A stretch of 62,386 nucleotides of DNA from an uncultured Rikenellaceae bacterium (GTDB taxonomy: Bacteria > Bacteroidota > Bacteroidia > Bacteroidales > VadinHA17): assembly GCA_964399575.1 (NCBI GenBank), contig CAYNRI010000004.1, positions 1 through 62,386 of the forward strand, written 5' to 3'. Position numbers and translations under genes: made by a program. Below are positions 32,762 to 42,260 of this stretch, piece after piece; within the stretch, counting starts at the first letter, position 1; each line of letters begins with the position of its first letter. Under the pieces are notes generated by a model. It did not search any database and was not told the origin of the DNA. It saw nothing but the letters and a program-made list of their open reading frames with translations.

Positions 32762-35728
32762 CTAGGGCTTCATTATCACACCCTTGTGTCTTCTGCCATC
32801 GATCATAATGCCTAGTGGCTTATCAAATCTCACATGCCTTATATAGTTGTCTTCGTACACAGCCGCTATATTGTTAAGGTACCCGACATCATAATATCCT
32901 TCATTTATAAAAGGATTAATTGTAAAATACCCTACCCGGAAAGATGTGAGATTCTGGAAGAAATGTGTACCCTGACTGGGATCAATACGGTAATTCTGTA
33001 GCCCGGATTCAATGATTATTCTTGCTGCAGAAATCTGAGCCCATTTAACCGGAATCCCAAGCCATGGATCGGCAGAGCCCCACCTTCCAGGTCCGATAAG
33101 CACATATCCGCTGCCCTGTCTGACAAATGAGGAGTTAAGATTATCTATAACAATAGCTGTTTTTTTATTATTGACAGGGTTGAAGGAGTCTGGTTTTACA
33201 TACACAAGATCCTGAATGCCCTTAAAGGTGCCATTCCCAAGCGCTGACTCGGAGAGTATGATTGTATTTTCAGATCTTACGTTCTGCAGATTGATATTAT
33301 GTGTTTCATCCGAGTGGACTACTGGTCTTATCTGGAGAAAATTAAATGTTTTAGGTGTTCCGGCAGGAGTCTCAAGGTTTGCCGCAAATTCTATTTCTAT
33401 AGGATTATTCATCTCCTTCTGGCCAAGATCAAGAATTGTTGTCAGTATCTCCGCCAGCGGGAAGGCCTTATGTTGCAATACCCCTGCAAAGGTTATTAAC
33501 CTCTGCCCGGATTGATTTATTCCGTCACGAAGAACATTATTGGTCCTGTCATAGGTTGATGCCAGATACTTCAACGCGCCATCGTTGTTTGCATCCTTTA
33601 TGTCAATGCTTGGTATGTTAACACCATCGTCAGTTGACGGGACAAAACTTTCAATATTCAGATCAAGAGCCCTGAATTCTTTCTGTGTATCCCGCAGTGC
33701 TGTCCCTGGTGAAGAGAGCTGAAGTATCTTTTTGGGATGCTTCGGACAGAACCGGAGTGATAGTCCTCCCTCAACTATAAGCTTCCCAAGCCCGAAGGCA
33801 ACATTAGCTATTCCATCCTCTGCTTTTTCAGGACCTATGGGATAATAGTTTATTGATCGTGCCACCCCTGATATTGTCGGGTAAAAGATATTACCATGCC
33901 TGCTGCCGCACACCTCCTGAAGTATTATCCCCATTTTTTCTTCATCGATCACATTAGCTGTGGCTGTCATATAGGCTTTACTGGATTTAAAATATACAGA
34001 CGCATAAACCTCTTTTATTGCATCCGACAGAGCTTTAACCATTAGCTTGTTATCTGCCAGCCGTGGTATCATATAGGTTGAGTAAACACCAGCAAACGGT
34101 TGATAATGTGAGTCTTCTAATTTACTTGAAGATCGTACAGCTATGGGATTGCTGCGTGATACAGAAAGATATGCATAGAAATCCTGATAAACCCTCCCGG
34201 GAAGCTCGGCATTCAGGAATCTGTTAAGTATCTCATTATCGGGAAGGTCTGACAGAGCTGCCGAATAGAGATTGTTATGTTCCATGAACTCGTCAAAGAT
34301 ATCCGTGCTCAACACTACTGTCCGCGGGATAGTTATCAGTACATCCGGAAACTTATTGAACAACTTGTTGTTCTTTATCATCCTGTTGATGAAGGCAAGT
34401 CCTCTTGCCTTCCCTCCTATTGAACCTTCTCCGATACGCGAGAATATCTGGTATTCATCAAAGCTTGTTTTGTCAAACTTGGCTATAACTCCCCTCCCCT
34501 TACCCAGACGGAAACTTGAAATGGCTACGTACAGAAAACGACGCATTTCATCCATTGTTGAGAAATCTTCCTTTCTGATGTATTTGAACATCTGAGCAAC
34601 AGGGAAAAGTGCTCTTGCATTCAGCCATTTCGAAAAATGGTTCCTTGTTGCATGGTATTCAAGGGAGTTATCCGGTATAGTGAGAAGCTTCTGCTGAAGG
34701 CTCTGGAGATCTGTTGCTATTGCTATTGGTTCAAGGGTATCAGGATTCCTGAAGACAAATGGTCCGAAAGCCAGGTTCTGGATGATGAAGTTGCGGAGCT
34801 CAATCGATAATGATCTGGAATACTTATGAATGAAAGCCGCCCCCATCTCTTCAGCCCTTTTTTTATGCCCGAGATTTGACGACTGCAGCAGGATAGGAAC
34901 CTTGTCATCATCAGCCATCACAACCTTGCAGAGCTCAAAACCCGCATCCTCATCCTGCATATCATCCCTTTTATAGCTTATATCTGAGATCACTCCCAGA
35001 ACATTATATTTATACTTTTTGTACAGAGCAACTGCATCATTGAAATTATTTGCCAGCAGTATCTTTGGTCTGCCTCTCATCTTCAGCGTTCTCTGGTGTT
35101 CATTAAGAGCCTCTCTTTGAAAATCAAGAGATTGCATAAGAACTATCCTGTAAATATTGGGCAGATATGCTGAAATATATCTTATAGAGTTCTCAACAAG
35201 TATTATTGACTGAACACCAATATCTATATCATGTTCGGCATTCATTTTATCCTCAATAAGCTTTATTATTGCAAGGATAAGCGATGCGTCACCTAGCCAG
35301 CAGAAAACATAATCAATAGCACTCAAATCTTCTCCCTGGAGCCGCAGAGAAACTTCCCGTGAGAAATGAGTAAGAACAACTATCGGGATTTTGGGATATG
35401 TCTCTTTGATTCTTTTAGCCAGGGCAAATACATCGCTTCCCTTTAGGCTTATCATTGAGATCACAAGGTCAACGTTCTCATCCTGAAGTATCCTGAATGC
35501 ATCCGCATCATTGTCAGTCTGAACGAAAATGGGAGGATATCTGAGATTAAGCGACACATACTCATTGAAGATCTGTTCATCGATCCTGCCATCTTCTTCA
35601 AGCATATAATTATCGTAATTGCTGCAGATAAGAAGGACACGATGGATTCGTTTCTGCATCAGGAGATTGAACGAAGTATCCGCAAAATCATATTTCTGAA
35701 GATCCAGTATTCCTTCAATGATTGTCAT
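32762..35728 (-). CDS. Receiver-like x2 / PEP-synthase-type ATP-grasp (PPDK_N) domain protein, 988 aa
   Basis: Two receiver-like modules (VLLICSNYD..; IILVENS...GVISDIS...PILLQSS...FIHK). ATP-grasp motifs GGKARGLAFIN, PIAVRSSSKLEDS and GIILQEVCG. C-terminal YVLIGPGRWGSADPW...GTHFFQNLTS. There is no room for a PEP/pyruvate TIM barrel. Confidence 0.7.
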   Translation of the reverse strand: MTIIEGILDLQKYDFADTSFNLLMQKRIHRVLLICSNYDNYMLEEDGRIDEQIFNEYVSLNLRYPPIFVQTDNDADAFRILQDENVDLVISMISLKGSDVFALAKRIKETYPKIPIVVLTHFSREVSLRLQGEDLSAIDYVFCWLGDASLILAIIKLIEDKMNAEHDIDIGVQSIILVENSIRYISAYLPNIYRIVLMQSLDFQREALNEHQRTLKMRGRPKILLANNFNDAVALYKKYKYNVLGVISDISYKRDDMQDEDAGFELCKVVMADDDKVPILLQSSNLGHKKRAEEMGAAFIHKYSRSLSIELRNFIIQNLAFGPFVFRNPDTLEPIAIATDLQSLQQKLLTIPDNSLEYHATRNHFSKWLNARALFPVAQMFKYIRKEDFSTMDEMRRFLYVAISSFRLGKGRGVIAKFDKTSFDEYQIFSRIGEGSIGGKARGLAFINRMIKNNKLFNKFPDVLITIPRTVVLSTDIFDEFMEHNNLYSAALSDLPDNEILNRFLNAELPGRVYQDFYAYLSVSRSNPIAVRSSSKLEDSHYQPFAGVYSTYMIPRLADNKLMVKALSDAIKEVYASVYFKSSKAYMTATANVIDEEKMGIILQEVCGSRHGNIFYPTISGVARSINYYPIGPEKAEDGIANVAFGLGKLIVEGGLSLRFCPKHPKKILQLSSPGTALRDTQKEFRALDLNIESFVPSTDDGVNIPSIDIKDANNDGALKYLASTYDRTNNVLRDGINQSGQRLITFAGVLQHKAFPLAEILTTILDLGQKEMNNPIEIEFAANLETPAGTPKTFNFLQIRPVVHSDETHNINLQNVRSENTIILSESALGNGTFKGIQDLVYVKPDSFNPVNNKKTAIVIDNLNSSFVRQGSGYVLIGPGRWGSADPWLGIPVKWAQISAARIIIESGLQNYRIDPSQGTHFFQNLTSFRVGYFTINPFINEGYYDVGYLNNIAAVYEDNYIRHVRFDKPLGIMIDGRRHKGVIMKP

Positions 35729-38700
35729 TTTTCCTTCTTTTCATTGTTCATAGTGATGACAGCCAGGCTTTTTTTCCCGTCCATTCTGATATTGAGAGGC
35801 TTGTCAAAACGGACATGACTGAAGAAACGGCCTTCCCTGATGACTCTCTGTGCCCGCAGCTTTTCCCAGTTGACTGATCCCTTCTGAGCCATCTGATCAA
35901 TTGAAAAATAACCTACTTTCATGGAGGTAACATTATGAAAGAAATGAGAACCGAGCGAAGCATCAAGCTGAAAGCCGGGAATTCCAATTTCGACAATCAC
36001 CTTGGCATTACATATCTGAGGCCATGTAACAGGTATCCCAAGGAACTTATCTCTTGTTCCCCATCTGCCCGGACCAATAAGCACATAGTTACGGTTCTCT
36101 TTAAGCATATCATCGTTGAAATCATCAATTTCCTCTGCCATGTTATTCGTGGAAAGATTATCGAATTTTTCAGGTTCCAGGTAAATGAGATCTGTTATGT
36201 TTTCTATTATTCCGTTTCCCATGCTCCTGGGAGACTCAAGTATCAGGTCGTCTTTTCTAATTAACCCCGGGTCAATGCTATATCCTGCCCCGCTCCCAAT
36301 CAGCGGCTTGATCTGCAGAAGGTAGAATGTTGCCTGACCCTCGCTGTCCTTTGTCATATCGACTGCAAACTCAATTTCTGAAGGATTGGCTGTTGCTTCC
36401 GCAACAACATCAAGGATTGTTTTCAGAGAAGAAGAAAGGGGTATATAGTTGTATTTAAGTATATCGGCAAAATTAACAACCCTCGGACCATATGAATCAA
36501 GTCCTGGTATTATAGCATCATTATCTGAATTGAGCACGGAAGCCAGATGATCCAGGGAACCATGAGACTCAGCAACACTTATATCAAGCAAAGCCAGTCC
36601 GGTTTTCTCTCCCTCCAGGAGATCAAGATTCGTTTTAGACAGGTCAACAGCATAAAATTTTACCTGTGAATTCCTGTAGAGATCCGTCTGTGAAATAATA
36701 TCAAGATTCGGATAGGCTGGCGAAAAGCGAAATGCCCTTTCTCCTTCGGCAACATAATGTCCCAGTCCTAATGCCATTACAGCGACTCCATCCTGGGGTG
36801 TCATATGCGAAACAGGATAGAAATTATATGACTGGGCAGTCCCGCTTATGTGAGGATAAAAATAATCTCCAAACCTGTTGCCGACAACCTCCTGTATCAC
36901 AACGGCCATTTTTTCAAGTTCAATCTTATAATTTATAGCATCAAAGAAAGTCCGCGAGCTCTTTGAATAAATAGACGAAAAAACCAGTTTTATTGCTCCG
37001 GCAAGCTGCCTTAACCTGACCTCAAATTCAGTATTGTTATTCGGGAGCAGATAGGTGCCGAAGACACCCGAGAAAGGCTGGTTCATAGAATCTTCGAACA
37101 GGCTTGATGATCGAACCGCTATTGGTTTGTTGACCTGCTTCAGGAATACCCTTAGTTCCTTTTCAAGTGTATAGCTCAGGCTTCCCTGCAGGAAATACTT
37201 CTGAAGAACTTCATAATCCCTCTCTGTATTGATCTTGTCCCATAAATGGTTACGCTCCATGAACATATCAAACTCATCGGTGCCGATAATAGCCGTTACA
37301 GGTGTCTTGATTGTTATGCCGGGCAATAGTCTTCCAAGCTCAAAACTGTTGATAAGAGTATTAATAAAAGCCAGCCCTCTTCCCTTTCCGCCAAGCGACC
37401 CGGCTGACAGACTTACAACATTAGTGTCGTCTATAACAGCCGTTTCCTCGAAATTGATTACCCGGCCCTTATTCAGTTCACGCCTGCGCATTCTTATGAG
37501 AGACAAAAGATGTTCCCTGAGCTCTTTAAGGTTTTTATATTCCGATACCCTCAGAGGATTTATCTGTTTGGCAATCTTTACCTCTCCCCTCGCCATTAAC
37601 CAGAGGGAAAAATGATTTCTTAATGCGTGATATTCAAGTGAATCTTCAGGTACTGTTTCCAGGTAAGCTTCAAATTCCTTCATTGTTTTGGCAACTGCTA
37701 TCTGCCGTCCCTTGTCGTCTCTGTAAACGAAATGACCAAAGCCCAGATAATAGTTGATAAATGACTTCAGATCCTTCATAAGGCTCTCTGAATTCTTGTT
37801 TATGAAGTTCGATTTAAGTGAATATGCGTAAGTTGCATTATCCGGATCAGACGACTGAAGAACTGTCGGCAGATTAGGTATCACCGACTTTATATGCTTT
37901 ATAAGCTCAAAACCAGCAGTATCATGTACTACTCCGTTTTTTGTGAACCGGATATCGGAGATAACACATAAAAGGTTGTTTTCATATTTATTAAAAACAG
38001 TTATTGCATCCTCATAATTCGATGCAAGAAGTATCTTCGGCCTGGTCTTAAGCTTAAGCACTTTAAAAAGCTCATCGGCTGAAACCTCTTCAATAAGGTT
38101 CCTTGTCTGCTCCATAACGAGGTTATACAACATCGGCAGGTAACTTGAATAATACTCCGATGAGTCCTCAACAAGCAATATTACTCCAATGAGCCCTTTC
38201 TTGGTGTCATTGTCAACATTAACCCTGTCCTCAAGAAGATTTACCATTGCAAAGAAGACCTTTGATTCACCTGTCCAAACGAAATAATTGTCAATCGGAA
38301 CACCTGCCTCTTTCTGGCTTTTCACAAAAGGTACATCTGCCGGATTATTGAGGAGGAGATAGGTCGGCATGTAAGGATATTTATCCTTTATTTTTCTGCA
38401 CATCTCGATGGGGTTCTCCTTGTGAACGCCTATCATTATTATGACCATGTCATAATGTCTTGCTTTCAGTCTTGTGAAAGCTTCCTCTTCACTTGATACT
38501 CCTGTAACACGTGGCAGGGAAGTAAGGCTCAGCTGGTAATACTCACCGAGCATATGATCAGCGAATCTTCCTTCTCCTTCAATTGAATAGGCGTCATAGA
38601 GATTGGCAACAAGAAGTATCTCCTTAACCTTGAAAGGCTGGAGGTCATGGAAAACATCCCGTTCTGCATTATGCCTTTCAAGGAATTTCTGCAGCAGCTT

Positions 38701-39186
38701 TCTGCTTGAGGCCTCTTTCAGGTCCTCTTCCTCTTCATCGGAGACCTGTTTCCTTAAGATTATATCACGGGCCTTGGCACTGTTGATGTATCCTGTTATA
38801 AGGCCTGCAATGTTCTGTATCAGGTCTCTCTCCTCTTTGAGAAAGGGTCCTTCTTCTTCCCGGTTAAATTCTTTTGTATAGCATATCTCGATATATCCAT
38901 TCTCATTATCGATAGTGTTGAATTCCTGTTTCATTATCCAGCTCGTTTGCAGGAATCCAGGTGTCTCGAATGACTTATCAATGTATGAAATGCGGGCTAC
39001 TGTGTATTTCGGGTATTGCCAGGCAGCTGGCAGTAAGAGTACGATCTGCTGCAGAGTCTCTTCTACTGGTTTGCCTTCCTTGAGAATGTAGGTTGTCTGG
39101 TTTATGCAGCCGAGCTCTTTTAACCGTTCATGCTGCTCATGCATCAAACGGTGGTATTCGGGACTTATCTGATTGTTATCTTCCAT
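35725..39186 (-). CDS. Sensor-module / receiver-like x2 / PPDK_N ATP-grasp protein, 1153 aa (paralog of the downstream gene)
   Basis: Extra N-terminal 140 aa (LKELGCINQ...AAWQYP...GPFLKEERDLI). The rest is collinear with the 988-aa paralog (GGKGRGLAFIN, PIAVRSSSLFEDS, VVIQEVVG, YVLIGPGRWGTRD, GSHFFHNVTS). ATGA overlap with the next gene, and 32 nt after the korB stop. Confidence 0.7.
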   Translation of the reverse strand: MEDNNQISPEYHRLMHEQHERLKELGCINQTTYILKEGKPVEETLQQIVLLLPAAWQYPKYTVARISYIDKSFETPGFLQTSWIMKQEFNTIDNENGYIEICYTKEFNREEEGPFLKEERDLIQNIAGLITGYINSAKARDIILRKQVSDEEEEDLKEASSRKLLQKFLERHNAERDVFHDLQPFKVKEILLVANLYDAYSIEGEGRFADHMLGEYYQLSLTSLPRVTGVSSEEEAFTRLKARHYDMVIIMIGVHKENPIEMCRKIKDKYPYMPTYLLLNNPADVPFVKSQKEAGVPIDNYFVWTGESKVFFAMVNLLEDRVNVDNDTKKGLIGVILLVEDSSEYYSSYLPMLYNLVMEQTRNLIEEVSADELFKVLKLKTRPKILLASNYEDAITVFNKYENNLLCVISDIRFTKNGVVHDTAGFELIKHIKSVIPNLPTVLQSSDPDNATYAYSLKSNFINKNSESLMKDLKSFINYYLGFGHFVYRDDKGRQIAVAKTMKEFEAYLETVPEDSLEYHALRNHFSLWLMARGEVKIAKQINPLRVSEYKNLKELREHLLSLIRMRRRELNKGRVINFEETAVIDDTNVVSLSAGSLGGKGRGLAFINTLINSFELGRLLPGITIKTPVTAIIGTDEFDMFMERNHLWDKINTERDYEVLQKYFLQGSLSYTLEKELRVFLKQVNKPIAVRSSSLFEDSMNQPFSGVFGTYLLPNNNTEFEVRLRQLAGAIKLVFSSIYSKSSRTFFDAINYKIELEKMAVVIQEVVGNRFGDYFYPHISGTAQSYNFYPVSHMTPQDGVAVMALGLGHYVAEGERAFRFSPAYPNLDIISQTDLYRNSQVKFYAVDLSKTNLDLLEGEKTGLALLDISVAESHGSLDHLASVLNSDNDAIIPGLDSYGPRVVNFADILKYNYIPLSSSLKTILDVVAEATANPSEIEFAVDMTKDSEGQATFYLLQIKPLIGSGAGYSIDPGLIRKDDLILESPRSMGNGIIENITDLIYLEPEKFDNLSTNNMAEEIDDFNDDMLKENRNYVLIGPGRWGTRDKFLGIPVTWPQICNAKVIVEIGIPGFQLDASLGSHFFHNVTSMKVGYFSIDQMAQKGSVNWEKLRAQRVIREGRFFSHVRFDKPLNIRMDGKKSLAVITMNNEKKEK

Positions 39187-39218
39187 ATCATATTTAAGAA
39201 AGCTGTGTGTCCGGGGGA

Positions 39219-40241
39219 CTAATCAACTTTCCATGTTGATCCGCTTGTAAGCAGATCATCCATACATTTTATCTTTGCGGTTTTTCCTATGTTACTTATC
39301 TGTTCCTCCACATCAGTCTCATAAGTATGCCCTTCCACAGACCTAATCACTCCGAGTGCGACCGGATAATCAGGGTATCTCATATTAGCAAGCATATAGT
39401 GTATCCCGGGATTTGATTCACCGGAATCATGAACAAGAATATCTTTCTCTGTGATATTATTCTCACCCAGGCGGACTACTTTAAGTTTCAGCCCTTCAAG
39501 GATCAGACCCTTATCGTTATTCTTTCCGAATAACATTGGCTCACCATGTTTCAGAATTATAGTTCTGTCTTCACGTACCTCTTTGCCCGTAACAGCTTCA
39601 TGAATACCGTCATTGAAGATCACACAGTTCTGCAGCACTTCAACTACAGATGTTCCCCTGTGCCTTCCGGCTTCAACGAAGATGCCTGTTGAAAGTGCAA
39701 CACTGGCATCGAAGGTCCTGGCAAAGAATTTCCCCCTTGCACCAATTACAATTTCTCCTACAGAGAATGGTTCTTCTACTGTCCCGAAAGGAGAAGTCTT
39801 TGTAACAAGTCCTCTTTCAGAGGTCGGCGAATACTGACCTTTTGTTAGACCATAGATCTCATTATTGAACAGAATGATATTAATATCTATATTTCTGCGT
39901 ACCGCATGAATGAAATGATTCCCTCCGATTGCCAGTGCATCGCCGTCACCTGTTATGTTCCAGACTGAGAGCTGCGGATTTGCAGTTTTAACGCCTGTTG
40001 CAATAGCAGCAGCTCTTCCGTGTATACTGTGAAATCCGTAGGTATTCATATAATACGGGAATCTTGATGAACAGCCTATTCCTGAAATGAAAGCAAATTT
40101 CTCCCTGGGTATCCCCAGTTCTGAAAGAGCTTTCTGGATTGCATTCAGAACGGCATGGTCACCACAGCCCGGGCACCATCTCACTTCCTGGTCGCTCTTA
40201 AAATATTTTGGCGTATGATTTAAGTTAAGATTCTCTTCCAT
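39219..40241 (-). CDS. korB: 2-oxoacid:ferredoxin oxidoreductase beta subunit (KorB-like, TPP-binding)
   Basis: WCPGCGD, GIGCSSR, GDGD and NN..YGLTKGQ.SPT motifs. Confidence 0.85.
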   Translation of the reverse strand: MEENLNLNHTPKYFKSDQEVRWCPGCGDHAVLNAIQKALSELGIPREKFAFISGIGCSSRFPYYMNTYGFHSIHGRAAAIATGVKTANPQLSVWNITGDGDALAIGGNHFIHAVRRNIDINIILFNNEIYGLTKGQYSPTSERGLVTKTSPFGTVEEPFSVGEIVIGARGKFFARTFDASVALSTGIFVEAGRHRGTSVVEVLQNCVIFNDGIHEAVTGKEVREDRTIILKHGEPMLFGKNNDKGLILEGLKLKVVRLGENNITEKDILVHDSGESNPGIHYMLANMRYPDYPVALGVIRSVEGHTYETDVEEQISNIGKTAKIKCMDDLLTSGSTWKVD

Positions 40242-40245
40242 AATA

Positions 40246-42093
40246 TTATCCCTCCAGGATTTTGATGCAATTATCCTTTATTTCTTTTATTGTAAAAGGC
40301 ATTCCCTGTACCTTGTTTATCTTGTGATAAGAGAATTCGGGGAATTTTATCCGTAAATAATCAGCGAACTGTCCGAGGTTCAATTCCGCAACAGCTATTT
40401 TTTTGAATTTACTGAATACCTCCTTTACATTCTTTGGCAGGGGATTAATAAAATTGAAACATGCCAGGCTGACACTGTACCCTTCTTCCTGTAATTCACT
40501 TGCCGCTGTCATCAGATAACCTTCTGATCCTCCCCATCCTGTGAGAAGAAGATCTCCCTGTGTCTCACCAAAGAGAGCCAGATCAGGTATATCATCTGCC
40601 ACTCTTGCAACCTTATCGGCTCTAATCCTTACCATCTGTTCATGGTTCTCAGGTATATAGGACACTGTTCCCTTCATAGTTTTCTCAAGCCCACCGATCC
40701 TGTGTTCAAGTCCGGGCGTTCCCGGGATAGCCCATGAACGTATCAGTTTCTCACAATCGCGCCTATATGGCAAGAACGGGATATCATTTTTATCAGCATA
40801 AGGCGGTTTTATTTCCGGAAGATCTTTCATCGCCGGGATTTTCCAGGGCTCTGAACCATTGGCAAGATATCCATCAGTCAGCATTATAACCGGGGTCATG
40901 TGTTCAACCGCTATTTTTGCTGCTGTAAAAGCAAAGTTGAAACAGTTGGCAGGTGTACTTGCTGCAATAACAACGACCGGGCTTTCGCCGTTCCTGCCGT
41001 AAAGGGCCTGTGACAGATCTGCCTGTTCAGTCTTTGTAGGAAGGCCTGTTGACGGGCCACCTCTCTGAACATCAACAATTACTATCGGAAGCTCCGCCAT
41101 AACTGCAAGACCAATTGCCTCTGATTTAAGCGCCAGTCCCGGACCTGAGGTTGATGTCACAGCCAGATATCCGGCAAAACTTGCGCCCAGAGCAGTACAG
41201 ATACCTGCAATCTCATCTTCAGCCTGGAAGCTTTTTACACCAAGGTCCTTACGGGCTGCCAACTCCTCAAGTATTCCGGTAGCCGGGGTAATAGGGTAAG
41301 ATCCTATAAAAACCTTCAACCCTGCCTTTTCTGCAGCAGCAAGGAAACCCCAGGCTGTTGCAGTGTTCCCGCAGATATTCCTGTAGCGGCCGGGAGCAAT
41401 CTGAGCAGGTTCAATCTTAATAACCGGATTCAGAGCCTCTATAGTTTCAGCATAATAATATCCTTTTCTCAGGGCAACCTTGTTCGCTTCGGCTATCTCA
41501 GGTTTGCTGGCAAACTTTATATCGAAATACTGCTCGGTATATTTAAGTTTACGGTCAAAAAGCCAGTAAACCATTCCCAGTGTAAACATATTCTTTGTTC
41601 TCAGTACCGATTTGGGATCAAGTCCGAAATCCTTTAGAGCTTCCCTGACCATTGAAGAAATGGGAGCAGCAATTATATTGTAATGCTCAAGCTTTTCCTC
41701 AGCAACAGGATCCAAAGTATATCCGGCCCTCTCAATATTCTTTTCCGTAAAATTATCCTTATCAAAAATTATAGTGCCGCCTGGTTTGACCCACCTTGCA
41801 TTTGCTTTTACTGCAGCGGGATTCATTGCAACAAGGACATCAGCATAATCACCTGGTGTTTTTATATCTGAATGCCCCAGATGGACCTGAAACCCTGAGA
41901 CACCGCCAACAGTTCCCTGTGGTGCACGTATCTCCGCCGGATAATCCGGAAAGGTTGACAGGTCATTTCCAAAAAGTGCCGCAGTATCAGAAAAAAGAGT
42001 ACCTGTAAGCTGCATCCCGTCTCCCGAGTCGCCTGAAAAACGGATCACAACCTCCTCCTTTGTAATAACCTTTGAGTTTTTGGCCATTATCAT
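40246..42093 (-). CDS. korA: 2-oxoacid:ferredoxin oxidoreductase alpha subunit (KorA-like, fused gamma/alpha domains)
   Basis: 615-aa two-subunit-type alpha subunit (GDSGDGMQLTG, YPITPAT, VDVQRGGPSTGLPTK). Confidence 0.85.
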   Translation of the reverse strand: MIMAKNSKVITKEEVVIRFSGDSGDGMQLTGTLFSDTAALFGNDLSTFPDYPAEIRAPQGTVGGVSGFQVHLGHSDIKTPGDYADVLVAMNPAAVKANARWVKPGGTIIFDKDNFTEKNIERAGYTLDPVAEEKLEHYNIIAAPISSMVREALKDFGLDPKSVLRTKNMFTLGMVYWLFDRKLKYTEQYFDIKFASKPEIAEANKVALRKGYYYAETIEALNPVIKIEPAQIAPGRYRNICGNTATAWGFLAAAEKAGLKVFIGSYPITPATGILEELAARKDLGVKSFQAEDEIAGICTALGASFAGYLAVTSTSGPGLALKSEAIGLAVMAELPIVIVDVQRGGPSTGLPTKTEQADLSQALYGRNGESPVVVIAASTPANCFNFAFTAAKIAVEHMTPVIMLTDGYLANGSEPWKIPAMKDLPEIKPPYADKNDIPFLPYRRDCEKLIRSWAIPGTPGLEHRIGGLEKTMKGTVSYIPENHEQMVRIRADKVARVADDIPDLALFGETQGDLLLTGWGGSEGYLMTAASELQEEGYSVSLACFNFINPLPKNVKEVFSKFKKIAVAELNLGQFADYLRIKFPEFSYHKINKVQGMPFTIKEIKDNCIKILEG

Positions 42094-42144
42094 TGAATAT
42101 TAACTGTAAATAATAATCGCACTTAATAAGCTGCTTAATTTAAT

Positions 42145-42152
42145 CAAAATTA
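42145..42152 (-). promoter_or_regulatory. -7 promoter box TAATTTTG (TAnnTTTG) upstream of korA
   Basis: The plus strand reads caaaatta. It lies about 52 nt upstream of the korA ATG at 42093. Confidence 0.3.
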
Positions 42153-42260
42153 GCTTTATAAGTTCGAAAGAACATATTATTAATAATAATTGCGAATGAT
42201 TTTGATCATATTTCAGATCAATATGAAACAAGATTCAGTCTAGTTAGAGGAACTCTGATA

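Noticed and set aside
32526-32808. Two ORFs (32526-32756 minus strand, 32605-32808 plus strand) in or around the fabD / 988-aa gene gap, with Pro/Ala/Cys-rich translations.
   Set aside because: Both are artefacts of the G/C-rich island and overlap the ends of well-supported genes.
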